DNA from: Veleropilina oligotropha
Taxonomy: Eukaryota
Reading direction: 5' to 3'
Assembly (NCBI GenBank): GCA_048128005.1
Contig: JBEUKZ010000093.1
Coordinates: 372,001-436,000, forward strand
Length of the DNA stretch: 64,000 nt
Below are positions 31,599 through 44,093 of this stretch, in pieces. Within the stretch, counting starts at the first letter, position 1, and every line of letters starts with the position of its first letter. A program made the translations under genes and the position numbers. The notes under the pieces are model-generated. The model saw only the letters and a program-made list of their open reading frames with translations. It was not told the origin of the DNA and did no database searches.

Positions 31599-33720
31599 GC
31601 GGGTGTGCTCGCGGCATTGCCGTAACGTCGTTGCTACGCATGATCGGTACGCTGGGCTGTCGCTCTAGAAAAGCCTTTCTTAATGAGCGATCTCTCGATA
31701 GTCGCCAGGCGTGAAAGTGAAACTCGCTCGCCGACGGGTGTAGGACCCGACTGCGCGGTTGCGATAACAGGTCTGTCATCTGCGGTAGCGCTCGTGGCTG
31801 ATCGATGAGTAGATCCAGAAGTGTCGGAAACCAGGACTGCGTGCGTTGTAGGGGTGCTATTAGCATTAACTCGCAGTCTTCGCGGGTCGCTTTCCGTAGT
31901 ACTTGTGCCAACATGCACGACGGTGGGAAGGCGTATGCGATCAGATTCTCCCATCTCATTGATAGAGCGTCGACCGCTATAGCGGCCGGGTCCGGGTAAG
32001 GAGACACATAGAGAGGGAGTCGGTGATTGTATTCGGTTGCGAATAGGTCGACTTGAGGCTGCGACCACAGGCGACAGACATCTCGGGCTACACGGGCGTG
32101 TAGCGTCCACTCTGTGTGTATTATCTGTGTTTTCCGAGAGAGCGTATCCGCTCTGACGTTCAGCTTCCCCGGGATGTGTCGGGCTCGAATTGTCGAGTTG
32201 AGGGACATCACTAGGTGGTGTAGGTCGATCGCTCGGTCGCAAAGCGGACGGGAGCGGGTGCCGCCCTGGTGCTGAATGTAAGCGACGACAGTCGTGTTGT
32301 CCGTTGCTAGCATGATGTGCTTGTTGCGGAGATGTGACGAGAGGGACTGTACTGACAGGTAGACGGCTTCTAACTCTAGGAAGTTGATGTGTCGTCCCTG
32401 AAGGTCCATAGGCCATAGGCCCGATGTCTCGTGACTGTCGAGGTGCCCTCCCCAGCCCTCGTTTGACGCGTCCGTGAAGAGGTAGGCGTTCGGTTCTGGG
32501 GGGGATATTGGAACCGACTGGCTCGGCAGGGTAGTGTTCAACCACACTGCTGTCGTGCGATTGAACCAATGCCGAAGATCGATGCGATCCGTCCACTGTC
32601 CCGTACGTTGTATCCAGCGGTCCTTGAAGGCCTGCTGCAACGGTCGTTTGTCCATGCGACCCGTCGGTAACAGGGGAGCTACCGACTCGATGTGCCCTAG
32701 GACAGTGGCCAGTCGTCGCGCTGTAGTTATCCGTGAAGACTTTGTTTCCAGTATAACCGCGCGTAGGTTCGTTATACGTTTCTGAGTCGGTTTCGCGGTG
32801 TACCGGACCGTGTCGAATTCGACCCCTAGAAATATAAACGTCGTCGAGGGCACGAAGCAGGATTTGTCGTTGTTGATCTGTAATCCTAGGCGCTTCGCCG
32901 ATGACAGGGTAACGCTCATAGACTGGAGGCACTGATCCCGGGACGCCCCGAGAATCAACCAGTCGTCGAGGTACATGTGTACTCTGTGCCCTTGCGAGTG
33001 TAGGAAGGCCCCGAGAGCCTGTACTACCCGCGTGAAGACGTACGGGGCTGACGATAGACCGAACGGTAGACACCTGAATTGGTAGACCGTTCCCCCGTGG
33101 ACAAACCGTAGGTACCGGTGAGCCGAGACGTGCATCGGAACGTGTAGGTACGCATCGGTCAAGTCGATAGACGCTGCCCAGTCGCCCGGACGGATGGCCG
33201 TTCGTATCTTCGAGAGTGTTTCTTGCTTGAACTTCTCGGTACGAAGATACTGGTTGAGGAACGACAGATCGAGGATCGGTCGCCAACGGCCATCGGGTTT
33301 CGGGACCAGGAAAAAGTGGCTGTAATATCCTGGTGTGCTGGGCGGCGCGGGATAGATCGCTCTCTTTGAGAGTAAATCCCGCACTGCCTGGTCTAGGACG
33401 GCTTGTTTTTCTCTTATTAGGAGACGAGCGCGTCCTGGTGGTGGTGTCGCGTCTAGGGTTGGATGCCGGTCGAATGCCAACTTGTATCCGGCACTCACGA
33501 CTGAGTGAACCCAGTTGTCCTCTGTCATTTCCAGCCAGGACAGGCTGTACTCTAACAGACACGCTCCCACCGGCGGAAGCGTGCAACTGGGCTCGTCGCG
33601 AGCGCCGGCAACCCTAGGGCCGCGGCTTCCCTCTCCCGCTCTGACGGGATTTCGTCGGAGGTGCTGGTTTCGCGATAGGTTTCTTGGCCTGAGAAGGCCC
33701 ACCACGCGAAGGTTTAGCAC
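31483..33720 (-). CDS. DIRS reverse transcriptase-RNase H-methyltransferase-like ORF
   Basis: WRPILDL, IDLTDAY, LPFGL, YLDDW, FTDAS, HINFLELEA, VDLFAT, YAFPP. Start undefined. Confidence 0.92.
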   Translation of the reverse strand: MLNLRVVGLLRPRNLSRNQHLRRNPVRAGEGSRGPRVAGARDEPSCTLPPVGACLLEYSLSWLEMTEDNWVHSVVSAGYKLAFDRHPTLDATPPPGRARLLIREKQAVLDQAVRDLLSKRAIYPAPPSTPGYYSHFFLVPKPDGRWRPILDLSFLNQYLRTEKFKQETLSKIRTAIRPGDWAASIDLTDAYLHVPMHVSAHRYLRFVHGGTVYQFRCLPFGLSSAPYVFTRVVQALGAFLHSQGHRVHMYLDDWLILGASRDQCLQSMSVTLSSAKRLGLQINNDKSCFVPSTTFIFLGVEFDTVRYTAKPTQKRITNLRAVILETKSSRITTARRLATVLGHIESVAPLLPTGRMDKRPLQQAFKDRWIQRTGQWTDRIDLRHWFNRTTAVWLNTTLPSQSVPISPPEPNAYLFTDASNEGWGGHLDSHETSGLWPMDLQGRHINFLELEAVYLSVQSLSSHLRNKHIMLATDNTTVVAYIQHQGGTRSRPLCDRAIDLHHLVMSLNSTIRARHIPGKLNVRADTLSRKTQIIHTEWTLHARVARDVCRLWSQPQVDLFATEYNHRLPLYVSPYPDPAAIAVDALSMRWENLIAYAFPPSCMLAQVLRKATREDCELMLIAPLQRTQSWFPTLLDLLIDQPRALPQMTDLLSQPRSRVLHPSASEFHFHAWRLSRDRSLRKAFLERQPSVPIMRSNDVTAMPRAHPLVYRQNNIGLYTLLPTRTAYSAGATACLECYVDSQCFT

Positions 33721-35851
33721 GCTTGGAAGGCGTATGAGACCGGGACGGTCTCGAGCGCTTCCTAGAGGTAGCAGCCGGCGTACTCCGAGGAGTAGCCAAG
33801 ACTGCCTTCTCTATCGCGCGATCCTTGAGGTCAGCCGCTCGCTTCTCGACAAATTCGGGGAATTTGTCTCCGAAGAGAGTAGAGGCCGACAACGGTACAC
33901 AACGCAGGGACAGCCGGGTGGCGTCATCCAACGTGGTTCCGTCTAGGCACGCGTCTCTACGAAGTAGGACAGCGTTGCCTAAGGATCGGGCTGACTCCGA
34001 AGCGGAGTTCTCCGTGGAGGCGGCAACCTCTTCGAGGAAGGACAGTGCGATCTCACGAGCGCGGGGTCCGTCCTCTTGTAGTACGGTAATGGCTCCGTCT
34101 AGGAAAAAATCCTGGATAGAGGCATGCCGTAGAGCTCGACGGGCGGAGTTCTCAAAGCCCTCCATGGCGACCCATGGAACTTTGACCACTGAGGGAGCTG
34201 TGCTGGCCGACAGTCGACGCATCGCTGCATCGATCTGAACCGGCTCAGTCTTCAGACACGCCCCAGAGCATCCGATCGAAATCGGACGCCTATTGGGTCG
34301 GAGGTACTTTCCTTTACGCAGACCACTAGGGTACTCCGTTAACGAGGAAGTCTCCACCGATTTGGATCCCTGAATGGATTTGGTCGCCGAGTCGAGGACG
34401 AGCGAGACCAACCCAGACTGGGGTAGGGTAGGAAGCAGGGGGGCTTCCGGCCCATCAAATCGACGTGCCGCTGTCCTGTGCCTGACGAAGCCTACCGGCA
34501 GAGCCGGGTCTGGCAAGTCTAGCACCCCGCGAAGCGACGCGACAGCGTCGTATCTTCTGCGGGTGGCGGAGATGGTCTCATGCGTGCCAGACTGACTACA
34601 AGAGTCGTCTGGTCCGACCGATTCAGGGAGGTCAGAGTGAGTAGAAGCGCTGTCCTCGTCGGAACGAGGATCGACTTCCATCACCGAACCATGAGCCGAG
34701 CCCGGCGTTACGGTCAGAGACGTTGGGACCTGGGGCGGCTGGGTAGCCGGTTGCCAGGACCTACAACGTGCCTCGACTTCTGTCGCAATCATAGCCTGGA
34801 CGTTCTCAAGAGAGAAACCTGGATGCATGACGGACGTCGGACCAACAGCCATTGGTCCGCTCGAGGATACCGTAGCGCATGGTGGACGGGCTGCACGGAC
34901 AGGTGGAGCCGAGTACCAGGGACTCGGGTTACCTGTCGGGAAACCGCAGCCAGGGAAACGGCCCGGAGGCGCGTTAAACGGTGCGAACGACCCGTAAGAC
35001 TGCGACCACAGTCTATACGGGTCTGTAACCCTGCTCGGGTGAGGCACGGGGGAAAACCCGCCGTACGCCTCAGCCCCGAACGCAGCCGGTCCTACCACAC
35101 CACACGGGACGTCTTGAAAAGAATCGTCGCAGGAGGTTGGCCTTCCATCACTCTCGTGGACTCCGACGGTGGCGGGATTAGTCTTTAAACTAGCGCCGTT
35201 GTCGGACGAGAGGACGGGTTTCGTCGAGCGTCTGGAACTTCGACCACTTTCGTGGTGCCCAGCAACTGTATCGACTTTCTCTGCTAGTCTCTGCGCTTCT
35301 TGTTCAGAAGCTGCTTCTTGTTCAGAGGCTACTAGACTCACAGAAGGACTAACGCTGCCTTGCTCCTCCGAGGCCGGAGGAGAGGGAAGGTTTTGTCTGC
35401 CCTGCTCAGCTTTTCGCCGCAGCGCTCGACGTATCTTACTGGCCGGCAAGATACTATGAGCAGCGGTTACTAGGCCCAAAGGAGAGGTGTCGGTCGGCAC
35501 TCGGGCCCTTACCTGAATCTGGGATCCCGACGATTCCGGGACTTTCCCCAAAGTCTCAGAGGTTCCGTCGAGCCCAACACGGCTATCCTCGAGAGGATCT
35601 GAAAGAGAAAGTGAAGGATTATAGCCTGTCTCTAGTCTCTGGAGCTTCTCGGTGGATGCCCCATCGGAAGAAGACACCCTGGTCGTCTTCTTCGATGGGA
35701 AAAGAGTCTCCCACTGCCGATTCGTTAGTGCTATACAATGCTCACATGGATGTTTCTTATCGCTAGAACAAACACGGTGAATAGTGCATTCGGAGTGCCT
35801 GTCAAAACCACGGATTTTCTGTCGGCACCCGGAAACACTGCAGTGCATCAT
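33614..35851 (-). CDS. DIRS gag-like ORF1
   Basis: N-terminal Cys/His knuckle, low-complexity middle, C-terminal NAVLLRRDACL..LFG; overlaps the RT ORF. Confidence 0.85.
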   Translation of the reverse strand: MMHCSVSGCRQKIRGFDRHSECTIHRVCSSDKKHPCEHCIALTNRQWETLFPSKKTTRVSSSDGASTEKLQRLETGYNPSLSLSDPLEDSRVGLDGTSETLGKVPESSGSQIQVRARVPTDTSPLGLVTAAHSILPASKIRRALRRKAEQGRQNLPSPPASEEQGSVSPSVSLVASEQEAASEQEAQRLAEKVDTVAGHHESGRSSRRSTKPVLSSDNGASLKTNPATVGVHESDGRPTSCDDSFQDVPCGVVGPAAFGAEAYGGFSPVPHPSRVTDPYRLWSQSYGSFAPFNAPPGRFPGCGFPTGNPSPWYSAPPVRAARPPCATVSSSGPMAVGPTSVMHPGFSLENVQAMIATEVEARCRSWQPATQPPQVPTSLTVTPGSAHGSVMEVDPRSDEDSASTHSDLPESVGPDDSCSQSGTHETISATRRRYDAVASLRGVLDLPDPALPVGFVRHRTAARRFDGPEAPLLPTLPQSGLVSLVLDSATKSIQGSKSVETSSLTEYPSGLRKGKYLRPNRRPISIGCSGACLKTEPVQIDAAMRRLSASTAPSVVKVPWVAMEGFENSARRALRHASIQDFFLDGAITVLQEDGPRAREIALSFLEEVAASTENSASESARSLGNAVLLRRDACLDGTTLDDATRLSLRCVPLSASTLFGDKFPEFVEKRAADLKDRAIEKAVLATPRSTPAATSRKRSRPSRSHTPSKRAKPSRGGPSQAKKPIAKPAPPTKSRQSGRGKPRP

Positions 35852-37609
35852 AGCTACGTACACGGGTAGGTAGGAGATAGGGTTTTAAGTGATAAGGATA
35901 TTTCCCGGGTAGTTTACCAAATTACTACTACAACCTCGATTGTACCTGATCCGAGAGCTGGAAAAGGCTGAAATATGCTTAAAACTTACGGCGGATTACA
36001 CGCCCAAAAAACACCGACTTTGATAAACTTTTTAACACGAGTCGGCCAACGAATTGAGAAACGGGAGGTCTTTCTTTTACAGAAACCGCCCTTTTACACC
36101 TAAAACCTCTTGGATGTATATATATCAATTTGTTAGAATTCGGCGTGCTATCCCCGATTTAGCAGATTTACCAAAATAACGCTAGTTAAATTCTAAACAA
36201 TCTGCTTTTCAACGACGATAAATTTTATTTACATAAATTTATAGCAAGAAAAACGTCGTTGAGGAATTATCGTATATATAAATGAAATGCAATGCAAATT
36301 CAAGCAATATCAATAATCAACTCTCTCCTGACTCCTTAGTAATTGCTAAGGAGCTTCCTTCTTTAAATATCCCTCTGAGCGTCCTCTTTTCTTTCTGTTT
36401 CAGAAGTCCAAGATGGCGTCGTCAGTGGAGGGTGTCGATTTCGTTTTTTGTCTTTGTCGACAGGAAAAAACCTCTAAGGGCTTATTCAGGAGGAAAACTC
36501 TCAGTCTTTCCACTAAACGTGTTCTACACACTACAATCGATCTTATGAGCTTATTTGATTGTTAAATCGTGCTTCAAAAAGATCGAAATTTCACATCGAT
36601 GATGGAGCAAAGTAAAACGCGACTTCTCAAGAGGGCGGAAAAAACTTCGGATGAGGTCTTGACCCTTGGGTCACGAGGATCTCGCGGGAGTTGGCGAGCT
36701 CTTAATAGGCATGAACTGGAGGAGGTCGAGCAGGTCAGTGGGTCAACTGGGTTAAATTTACTAAAAAGTGCGAAATTACCATTTCCACCTTGTCCGGATT
36801 TAGCGATAATAGGCTTATTATGGCATTAGTAAGGACGTAAGTATATTTGATATAGATATGCACAATACACCGTTTGTAGCTTTCTTTCGAATGTAAATTA
36901 CGTAACGAAGTGGAATCAGCATCTTTAATTAGAGCAATTAAGCGAGAGAATTTTGAAGACACTACAATGTCAAAATGGAGAAGCAGAGCAAATAGTCATG
37001 CATAAAGGGTTTATATTATTATAACACAAAATTTCAAATAATTATGATTTTAAATATCCCTGCATTTGTCTCCGTTGATTAATTGCAAATTATTTCTGAA
37101 AACTAAATAATATCTGCCACGAATCAACAAAATCTTACAAAAAATTTCAGCGTTTTGGTTAATGCTTATACCACATGCATGCATTAATTGCTTGGTTAGC
37201 TAAACCTGCTCACTAAAATACTGTCTGACCCTAATGCTCAAAGAATATAATCCTAACCCTAATGTCCATATTGCAAGGCAACTGTAACGTCTGTAAATCG
37301 TGTCCAAATTCGCTCATAGACACAGAGTCATGGATCGCAGGTTATCGACGATATATGATTAGCACAGTTCTCTGCTGCTATATAATATAGACTATGTGGC
37401 AACATTGAACAGAGACTTCGCTAATCATTAAACGAATGATAAGCAGCGATTCAGGCCCCTGAGCTTGGTCATGACTCACGAGTATACGTTCGATCAATAC
37501 GTCGAGTACAGTACTACCATTCAACTGACATTACCGGTACCCTAAATTGTCAGTGTCGAACGACAACTGATTACTAAATTAATAAAACTATTTTATATAT
37601 TAAATCTAC

Positions 37610-39110
37610 GAAGTATCATTTTGCAGAAAGGGTATATTATATTTTTAAACATTTAATGCAGTACTAGTATAATCTCTTTTATATTTTTACTGTCATATTC
37701 AATTTATTATTGAAACACTATGTTTATGCGAGTCGCGTGAATAGCTCTTACGCTCATTGCAAAAATTGTGTGACGTAAATAAAGCTAATTTTATCGTGTA
37801 CAAGTTACAACAAGTTAGACAAAGCACATGTTCGTTCATTAATCAACGAGAGAAGGCTAGGCCCCCTATTACTCCAACAACGTTAGAGCCTGCTATAGTT
37901 CCTAATATCAGAGAAGGCACGTCAACCCGGTCTCATATGTTATAGGAGTAGGCCCCCTATTGTTGGAGTAGCCCCCTATATGACAATCACATAATAATAA
38001 TTATATTATTTCTTAATAGAAAACCCAAACATGTTATCAGACAAGAAGCCCACATGTTTATAATTTAACAAGAGAAGATATCTGCTATTAATATTATATT
38101 TTCGAATGACGAGAAATGATCGATTAAATTACCTCCCTTTATCAATCTAGCTCTAAGAACATGATAACTCCACCGAATAGTGAATACTTTATAATTTGAC
38201 TTTGAGTCAAATTATTAAGCTACAAGTAGCTTACATTATATTCAAGTGAAATTTCAAAATGACGATATAGATGAGAACTCACCGAAAATCAAATCGGAAA
38301 ATGGTAACTGAGCTAGTCGTATACAAGCAGAGAGTTATCGTCCCTGTCAACTCTTATTATGCTACGTAGAATGAAAGTTGACAGGGACAATAACTCTCTA
38401 CAGGGTAGCACATTAACGTCATGCGACGGAGATTGAGCGAAGAGATATTTTGCGATTTGATATCGGTGATACAGGTCTATCTCGTCATTTTGAAATTTCA
38501 CATGGAAACAGCACTTGAATATAATTTAAGCAACCTGTACTAGTTGTACGTAGCTTGTTATCACGCCAAAATGTTTGAATTCAAAGGTCAAAGTCTTCGG
38601 TGGAGAAGCACTTTGTGTTCGAAGTGTTATATTGGTAAAGGGAGATAATTTAATAGGTAATTTTTCTTCATTCGAAAATATAATAATGTAGCTGATATCT
38701 TCTTCTCTTGATAAATAATAAACATGCGGGCTCCTTGTCTATGCAATCGATAACTTGTTCTATAAATAGTATAAGTGGCACTAAGTAATAGTGTTCTATA
38801 TTATAACAGATGTCTTCTATCATGTATTAATGAACGAACATGTTCTTTGTCTGTTGTAACTTGTAGGCTATAAGATACAAGAAGCATTGTACAACGAATA
38901 TTTGCTAAGGATTTTGAGCTATTATCGCTACAAACATATATATGAAAACATTAATAAAAACAGTATTACCTGTACTTAATTTACAATGTCACAATACAAA
39001 TAATGACTGTAAAAGTTAATTTGTAAATATAAATATAAAAGATATACTAGTAATAGGGTACTGCATTAAATGTTAAAAATACAATTAACGCTTACTATAA
39101 AATGATATAT
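37610..39110. mobile_element. Degenerate foldback element of ~1.5 kb
   Basis: Mirror blocks at 37610-37700/39000-39110, 37795-37855/38810-38870 and 38030-38280/38470-38755; central hairpin agagagttat..tccctgtcaact at 38328-38399. Confidence 0.65.
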
Positions 39111-40704
39111 ATAATATATATACTGTAATAACACGGCAGGCGGAAGCGGTACGACCTAGGTCACACCAATAATTTTGATAATAAACATCGCATTTGCAGC
39201 ATCAGAAAGCAGGAGAGGCCATTTCACAATATTAAGTACTAAAATAAAATTTTCCACCCGAAACATTGATCAACAACTTAGTCGCACCAATATTTATTTG
39301 CTTCCTCCGGGCCTGAAAAACAGAAAAACACATGGTAGAAATTAATGAGAAACATTGCGACTACCCATCGGACACATTAATTTCCATACGCATTTTCGTT
39401 GTATACAAAATAATATATCATTTTCAATGTAGTATATCTGGTTGAATTCAATTTAAAAACAGACTCCCAAAATGAAGTGCTCAACAATTTATTAGTACAT
39501 GTAGTAAGCTTACCAAGAAGCCTAATCGTATTTGTAAAGCTGTTCAATCAGTCCTTTCATACAAACAATAGCACTTGACAATCGTAAGATGCTTTCTTAA
39601 ACGAAAGGTACATTCAATGATAATACCTGCTTTCTTTCAGCTAATTTTAAGCACATTATGATTTCTTTTGATGGCATCGAACAAGATTAACCGTTTGCTA
39701 TTGTTGCTGTATACATTGTATATGTAGTTACAAACATACTTACGTCCTTACTCTTGCCATAATAGTAATATTATCGCTAACCGGAAACAGTGAATAAGTC
39801 ACATTATGCACTCTTTATAAGTCAAAACGTACCACGATTACCTCCCCTGCTCCCGCTCTCCTAAGTTCCCCCAGCGAGATCTCGCCAAGTCTCGCGAGAC
39901 TTCCGAACCATCGAAGTCACAAGGCCTCAATTCAAAGTTTTCCGCTGAGACGGAAAGACGTGTTTTTTGCTCCGCAAATATTTCGATTTTGTCTGGCGAT
40001 TTATACGTTAAATCGAGGGCTTAATATTATAACTTATTAGTTATAAGTTGTGGAATATAACCCTGTGTTGTGGATACATAGACACAAGTGAATCTAAGAA
40101 GATTGTGATATCTAAACTTCGAGAAGTTCTGAGACATCAGTGAAACCGACATCGTCGCTGTTGCTGGGAAAAAGCATGGCCGCTCAGAGGGGAAGTTTCG
40201 TGTAATAGAAGAAATTCTGGTCGGTATTTTATCTGATATTGTTTGAGACTGCAAACAGGTAACTCATTATATTGGATAATTCCTTAACGACGCTATTTGC
40301 TGGTTATTTTTGTATAAAATTTCTAGCGTCGTTAATAGGCAGGACTGTTCTGATATTCCTTTAAGTTATTCTGATATCCTGCCGTTTCTGGGATAATACG
40401 CCATTGTACTAACATAAAAACATCCACGAGGTCTTTTCAGGTGTTTTTCTGGGCGTTTTTTTCTAAGAGAAAACCCCCGTTTTGTTCTAGTCAATTTGCC
40501 GGGTTTTTCACCGGGTCGTGTCGGGTAAATACCCGACCTCGGTGTTCCCAGTTCGGGGTTTTTTGCGTTTTTGCGGTATATCGCCTGATCTTTGATCTTC
40601 AAATCAGGGCAATTCTAAGAGTTGTCGTAGTATAGTCACAACTACCTTATATATACCTATTTACCTACCCCATCTACCCACTACTATCCTCCCGTGTATA
40701 CGCT

Positions 40705-43700
40705 ATGGTCCGGTGCAGTAGCTCCGGGTGTAACCAGAAAATTCACGGGTTTGATAAGCACACGGAATGCTGTATTCACCGTAGTTGTAGTATTAAACTT
40801 CAGTGTGATTTGTGTGTTGTTTTTACAGACAAGCAGTGGGCGGTTCTATCCCACCCGGGTAAGTCGACCAGGGCGACTGCCCCGGTGGGCCCTAATCGGG
40901 AAAAGGGGCTGAATGAAGAGACTGGTAAGTTAAGGGATAATTCTTCTTTGTCTACTTCAGGGGCCAGGGACGACAGCCGGCATAAGGCACCGTCTGTCGC
41001 CGGATCTACCGGCGAAACCTCCGCGACTCTTGGGGGAGTCACCGAAACCTTGCCGGGACCCCAGATTCAGGTAAAGGCCCGAGTGCCGACCGTTCCGCCT
41101 CAACCGGGCCTAGTAACTGCAGTCAGCCATACCTTGCCGGCTAGCAAGGTATATATGACAGCGCAGCGAACAGCTGAGCAGGGCAGACGATCCCCTTCCT
41201 ATTCTTCGGCCTCGAAGAATCAGGGGACAGTTAGTCCTTCTGCGAGAAACTCTCCTTCTAGCGAAGGGGACAGACTCAATGCAGAGAAAGCCTTTAAAGA
41301 GGCCGGGCACCTACTTGTAGGTCTAAGACTCGGACAATCGGCGACACCTGAATCCTCGATCGAGAACGATGCGACTACCCCTAAGGGTTTTCCGCTCAAC
41401 CTCGAAGCTCACGAGACGTTCAGAGGGCCCCTACTTTCCCGTGCACCCACGATGGTCACGCTAGAGGAAGGGGACAGACCGGCTGCGTTCGGGACGGGGT
41501 TCTACGGCGGTTTTCCGACCGTGCCTCTCCCGAACAGAGTGGTAGACCGATCTGAACTGTTGCCGCAGTTCTATCGGTCGTCCGGCCCACTGACTGCGCC
41601 TTCGGGCCAGCCCTTCGGGTTCGACCCCTCGACAAGTGCCCTAGGACCCTGGTCCTCGGTTCGACCTGTCTATGCAGCCCGTCTACCTAGCGCCACGGTT
41701 TCCTCGGCTGAACTACCGGCTGTTAGTTCGACGCCCGTCCTGCCTCCGGGTTTCTCTCTTGAGAACGTCCAGGCATGGATCGCGGCGGGGATCGAGGAAC
41801 AGTGTAAGGCCTGGCCGACGGCTCCCCAGCCGCGCCTGGTACCTACACATCTGCCCATGGCGCAGAGCACGGCTCCTGCCTCTGTGATGGAGATCGACCC
41901 TCGTTCCGACGAGGACCTCGATTCCATTCACTCCGACCTCCCTGAATCGGTCGGGCCCGAAGACGTTAGTCTTACAGGCACGCAGGAGCCGACCTCCTCC
42001 ACCCGCCGAAGGCTCGACGCCGTTGCGTCACTTCGCGGGGTGCTTGGCTTGTCGGAACCGACTCGGTCGGCTGTAGACGTAGTCAAGCACAGGACGGCAG
42101 CACATCGGTTTGTTGCGAGGGAAGCCCCCGAGCTCCCCTCCTTACCTCAGTCCGGGCTGGTTGATCTGGTGGTCGACTCGATAACCAAGCTCGTACAGGG
42201 GCGCAATCCGGTGGAGTCCTCCCCGCTGACCGAGTTCCCTTCGGGGTTCCGTAGTGGGAGGTACCTCCGGGCCAGTTCGCGAGCGATCCCGTTCGCATGC
42301 ACTGGTCCGTGCCTGGCGACTGAGCCGGCTCATGTAGACGCTTCGTTGCGTCGACTGACCGCCAGTCACACTCCCTCCGTAGCGAAAGTTCCTTGGTCCG
42401 CCTTGGAAGCTTTCGAGAGCGGCACGTCGATTTACCCCAATCGACCCCAATCGACCCCAATCGACCCCAATCGAACCCCAATCGAACCCCAATCGACCCC
42501 AATCGAACCCCAATCGAACCCCAATCGACCCCAATCGAACCCCAATCGACCCCCTGTCAACTATAATATACATCCATAATGTGCACATTATGATTTATTT
42601 AATTATATTAGGCCCAATTGCAATTGCGTACATCGTTTTTTAGTTCGCGGAAGTCGGGATCACAAATATTGAATTCGCGAAACGGTTCTAATTACACGAA
42701 CTAAATCCAACTGGTAGCATGCAAATATGATAAACAATGCAAATATATAATGAATTATGTTATCTTTATTTTGTAATAATTATTTTTATTGCGCTAAATA
42801 GTGTCCTTGTCGGTTCCGTTGTGTGCGCAAATCGCGAAAGGATAATCGTTGTAAACTTCAAACCATATTTCATAGTTCATTACTTTATTTCTCTGAGAAT
42901 TATCAATATATCTACTTAACTATCAACAAAGTTTAGTTCAAGCAAGTTGCTTAATGTTATGCGATTGTTTTGACTGGAGTTCGACCGTTGGAGATGTGCC
43001 AACCTCTGATCTCGAAACCGAGCCTTATATGGCGTATGCCGACGAGCACAAAGTATGAGGAAGCAGAAAGTGAACTTTTGATCTCGAAACCGAGCCTTAT
43101 ATGGCGTACGCCGACGAGCACAAAGTATGATCAATGACGTGTTCACCAGGCACATAACGACATCATTATTGATAAATATTATACGCATGACGAAATAAGT
43201 TTTATCTGTTTAACGTATACATAAGTTCTTTTGTTAAACTGCAGTCTAATAGTTTGCATTCGAGACAATGTTGAAAGTAGCATTTATTTTTATTAATTAG
43301 AGCCGTTTAGTTGAATTCAACATTTGCGCTCCCGACTTCGACGGACTCAAAAACGAAGTACGCAATTGCAATTAAGCCTAAAATATTAATATAATTCTTA
43401 TTATTTACATTATCGATGTATATTATAGTTGATATAGGTACGTTGCTGCATACTTGAGGTCGATTGGGGTTCGATTGGGGTCGATTGGGGTTCGATTGGG
43501 GTTCGATTGGGGTCGATTGGGGTCGATTGGGGTAAATCGACGCACCCTTCGAGAGCGCCGCCCGACGGGCTCTACGGCTATCGTCTGTTCAGGACTTTTT
43601 CTTGGATGGCGCGATAGCCGTACTACAGGAGAATGGACCCGGCGCCCCCGAGGCTGCCCTGTCCTTCCTCCAGGAGGTTGCTGCCGCACAGGAGACCAGC

Positions 43701-44093
43701 GCGTTGGAGACGGGACGTGTCCTGGGCAATGCACTCCTACTTCGTAGGGATGCTTGCCTGGAAGGCACCTCGCTAGACGAGGCCACCCGGCGCTCGTTGC
43801 GATGCGTGCCTTGCTCGGCCACCACTCTCTTTGGTGACAACTTTTCGGAGTTTGTTGACAAGAGAGCGGCGGACATGAAGGACCGTGCCATCGAGAAGGC
43901 GGTACTGCACCCCGTTCGGGGACCACCTGCCGACTCGAGGAAGCGCTCAGGGCCCACCCGGGCCCCGAAGCCTTCTAAGCGTGCGAAGCCCTCTTCGGGT
44001 GGTAGGCCTCCGGCCAATAAACCCACTCCAAAGAGGCAAGCACCTCCAGCGAAATCCCGTAAGCAGAGCGGGAGAGGGAAGCCTCGGCCCTAG
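40705..44093 (+). pseudogene. DIRS-B gag, split by a Mutator-like foldback
   Basis: Reads ...ALEAFES, then the insertion, then resumes to GNALLLRRDACL...GRGKPRP; homologous to the family A gag. Confidence 0.85.
42421..43547. mobile_element. Non-autonomous Mutator/foldback-like DNA transposon
   Basis: 9-bp TSD TTCGAGAGC (42412-42420 and 43548-43556); long TIRs with CCCCAATCGA subterminal arrays. Confidence 0.85.

Larger units (their letters stand above)
29622..36858 (-). mobile_element. DIRS retrotransposon, family A, full length with a damaged YR
   Basis: Inverted terminal repeats (~29649-29865 and ~36643-36858), internal complementary region at ~29930-30020, and gag, RT/RNaseH/MT and YR ORFs. 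Confidence 0.93.

Noticed and set aside
31900..32060. Stand-alone DNA adenine methyltransferase as a novel system
   Set aside because: It is the known MT-like domain at the end of the DIRS RT ORF.
42421..42579. Pro/Asn-rich C-terminus of the 624-aa ORF
   Set aside because: Translation of the inserted transposon's subterminal repeats.
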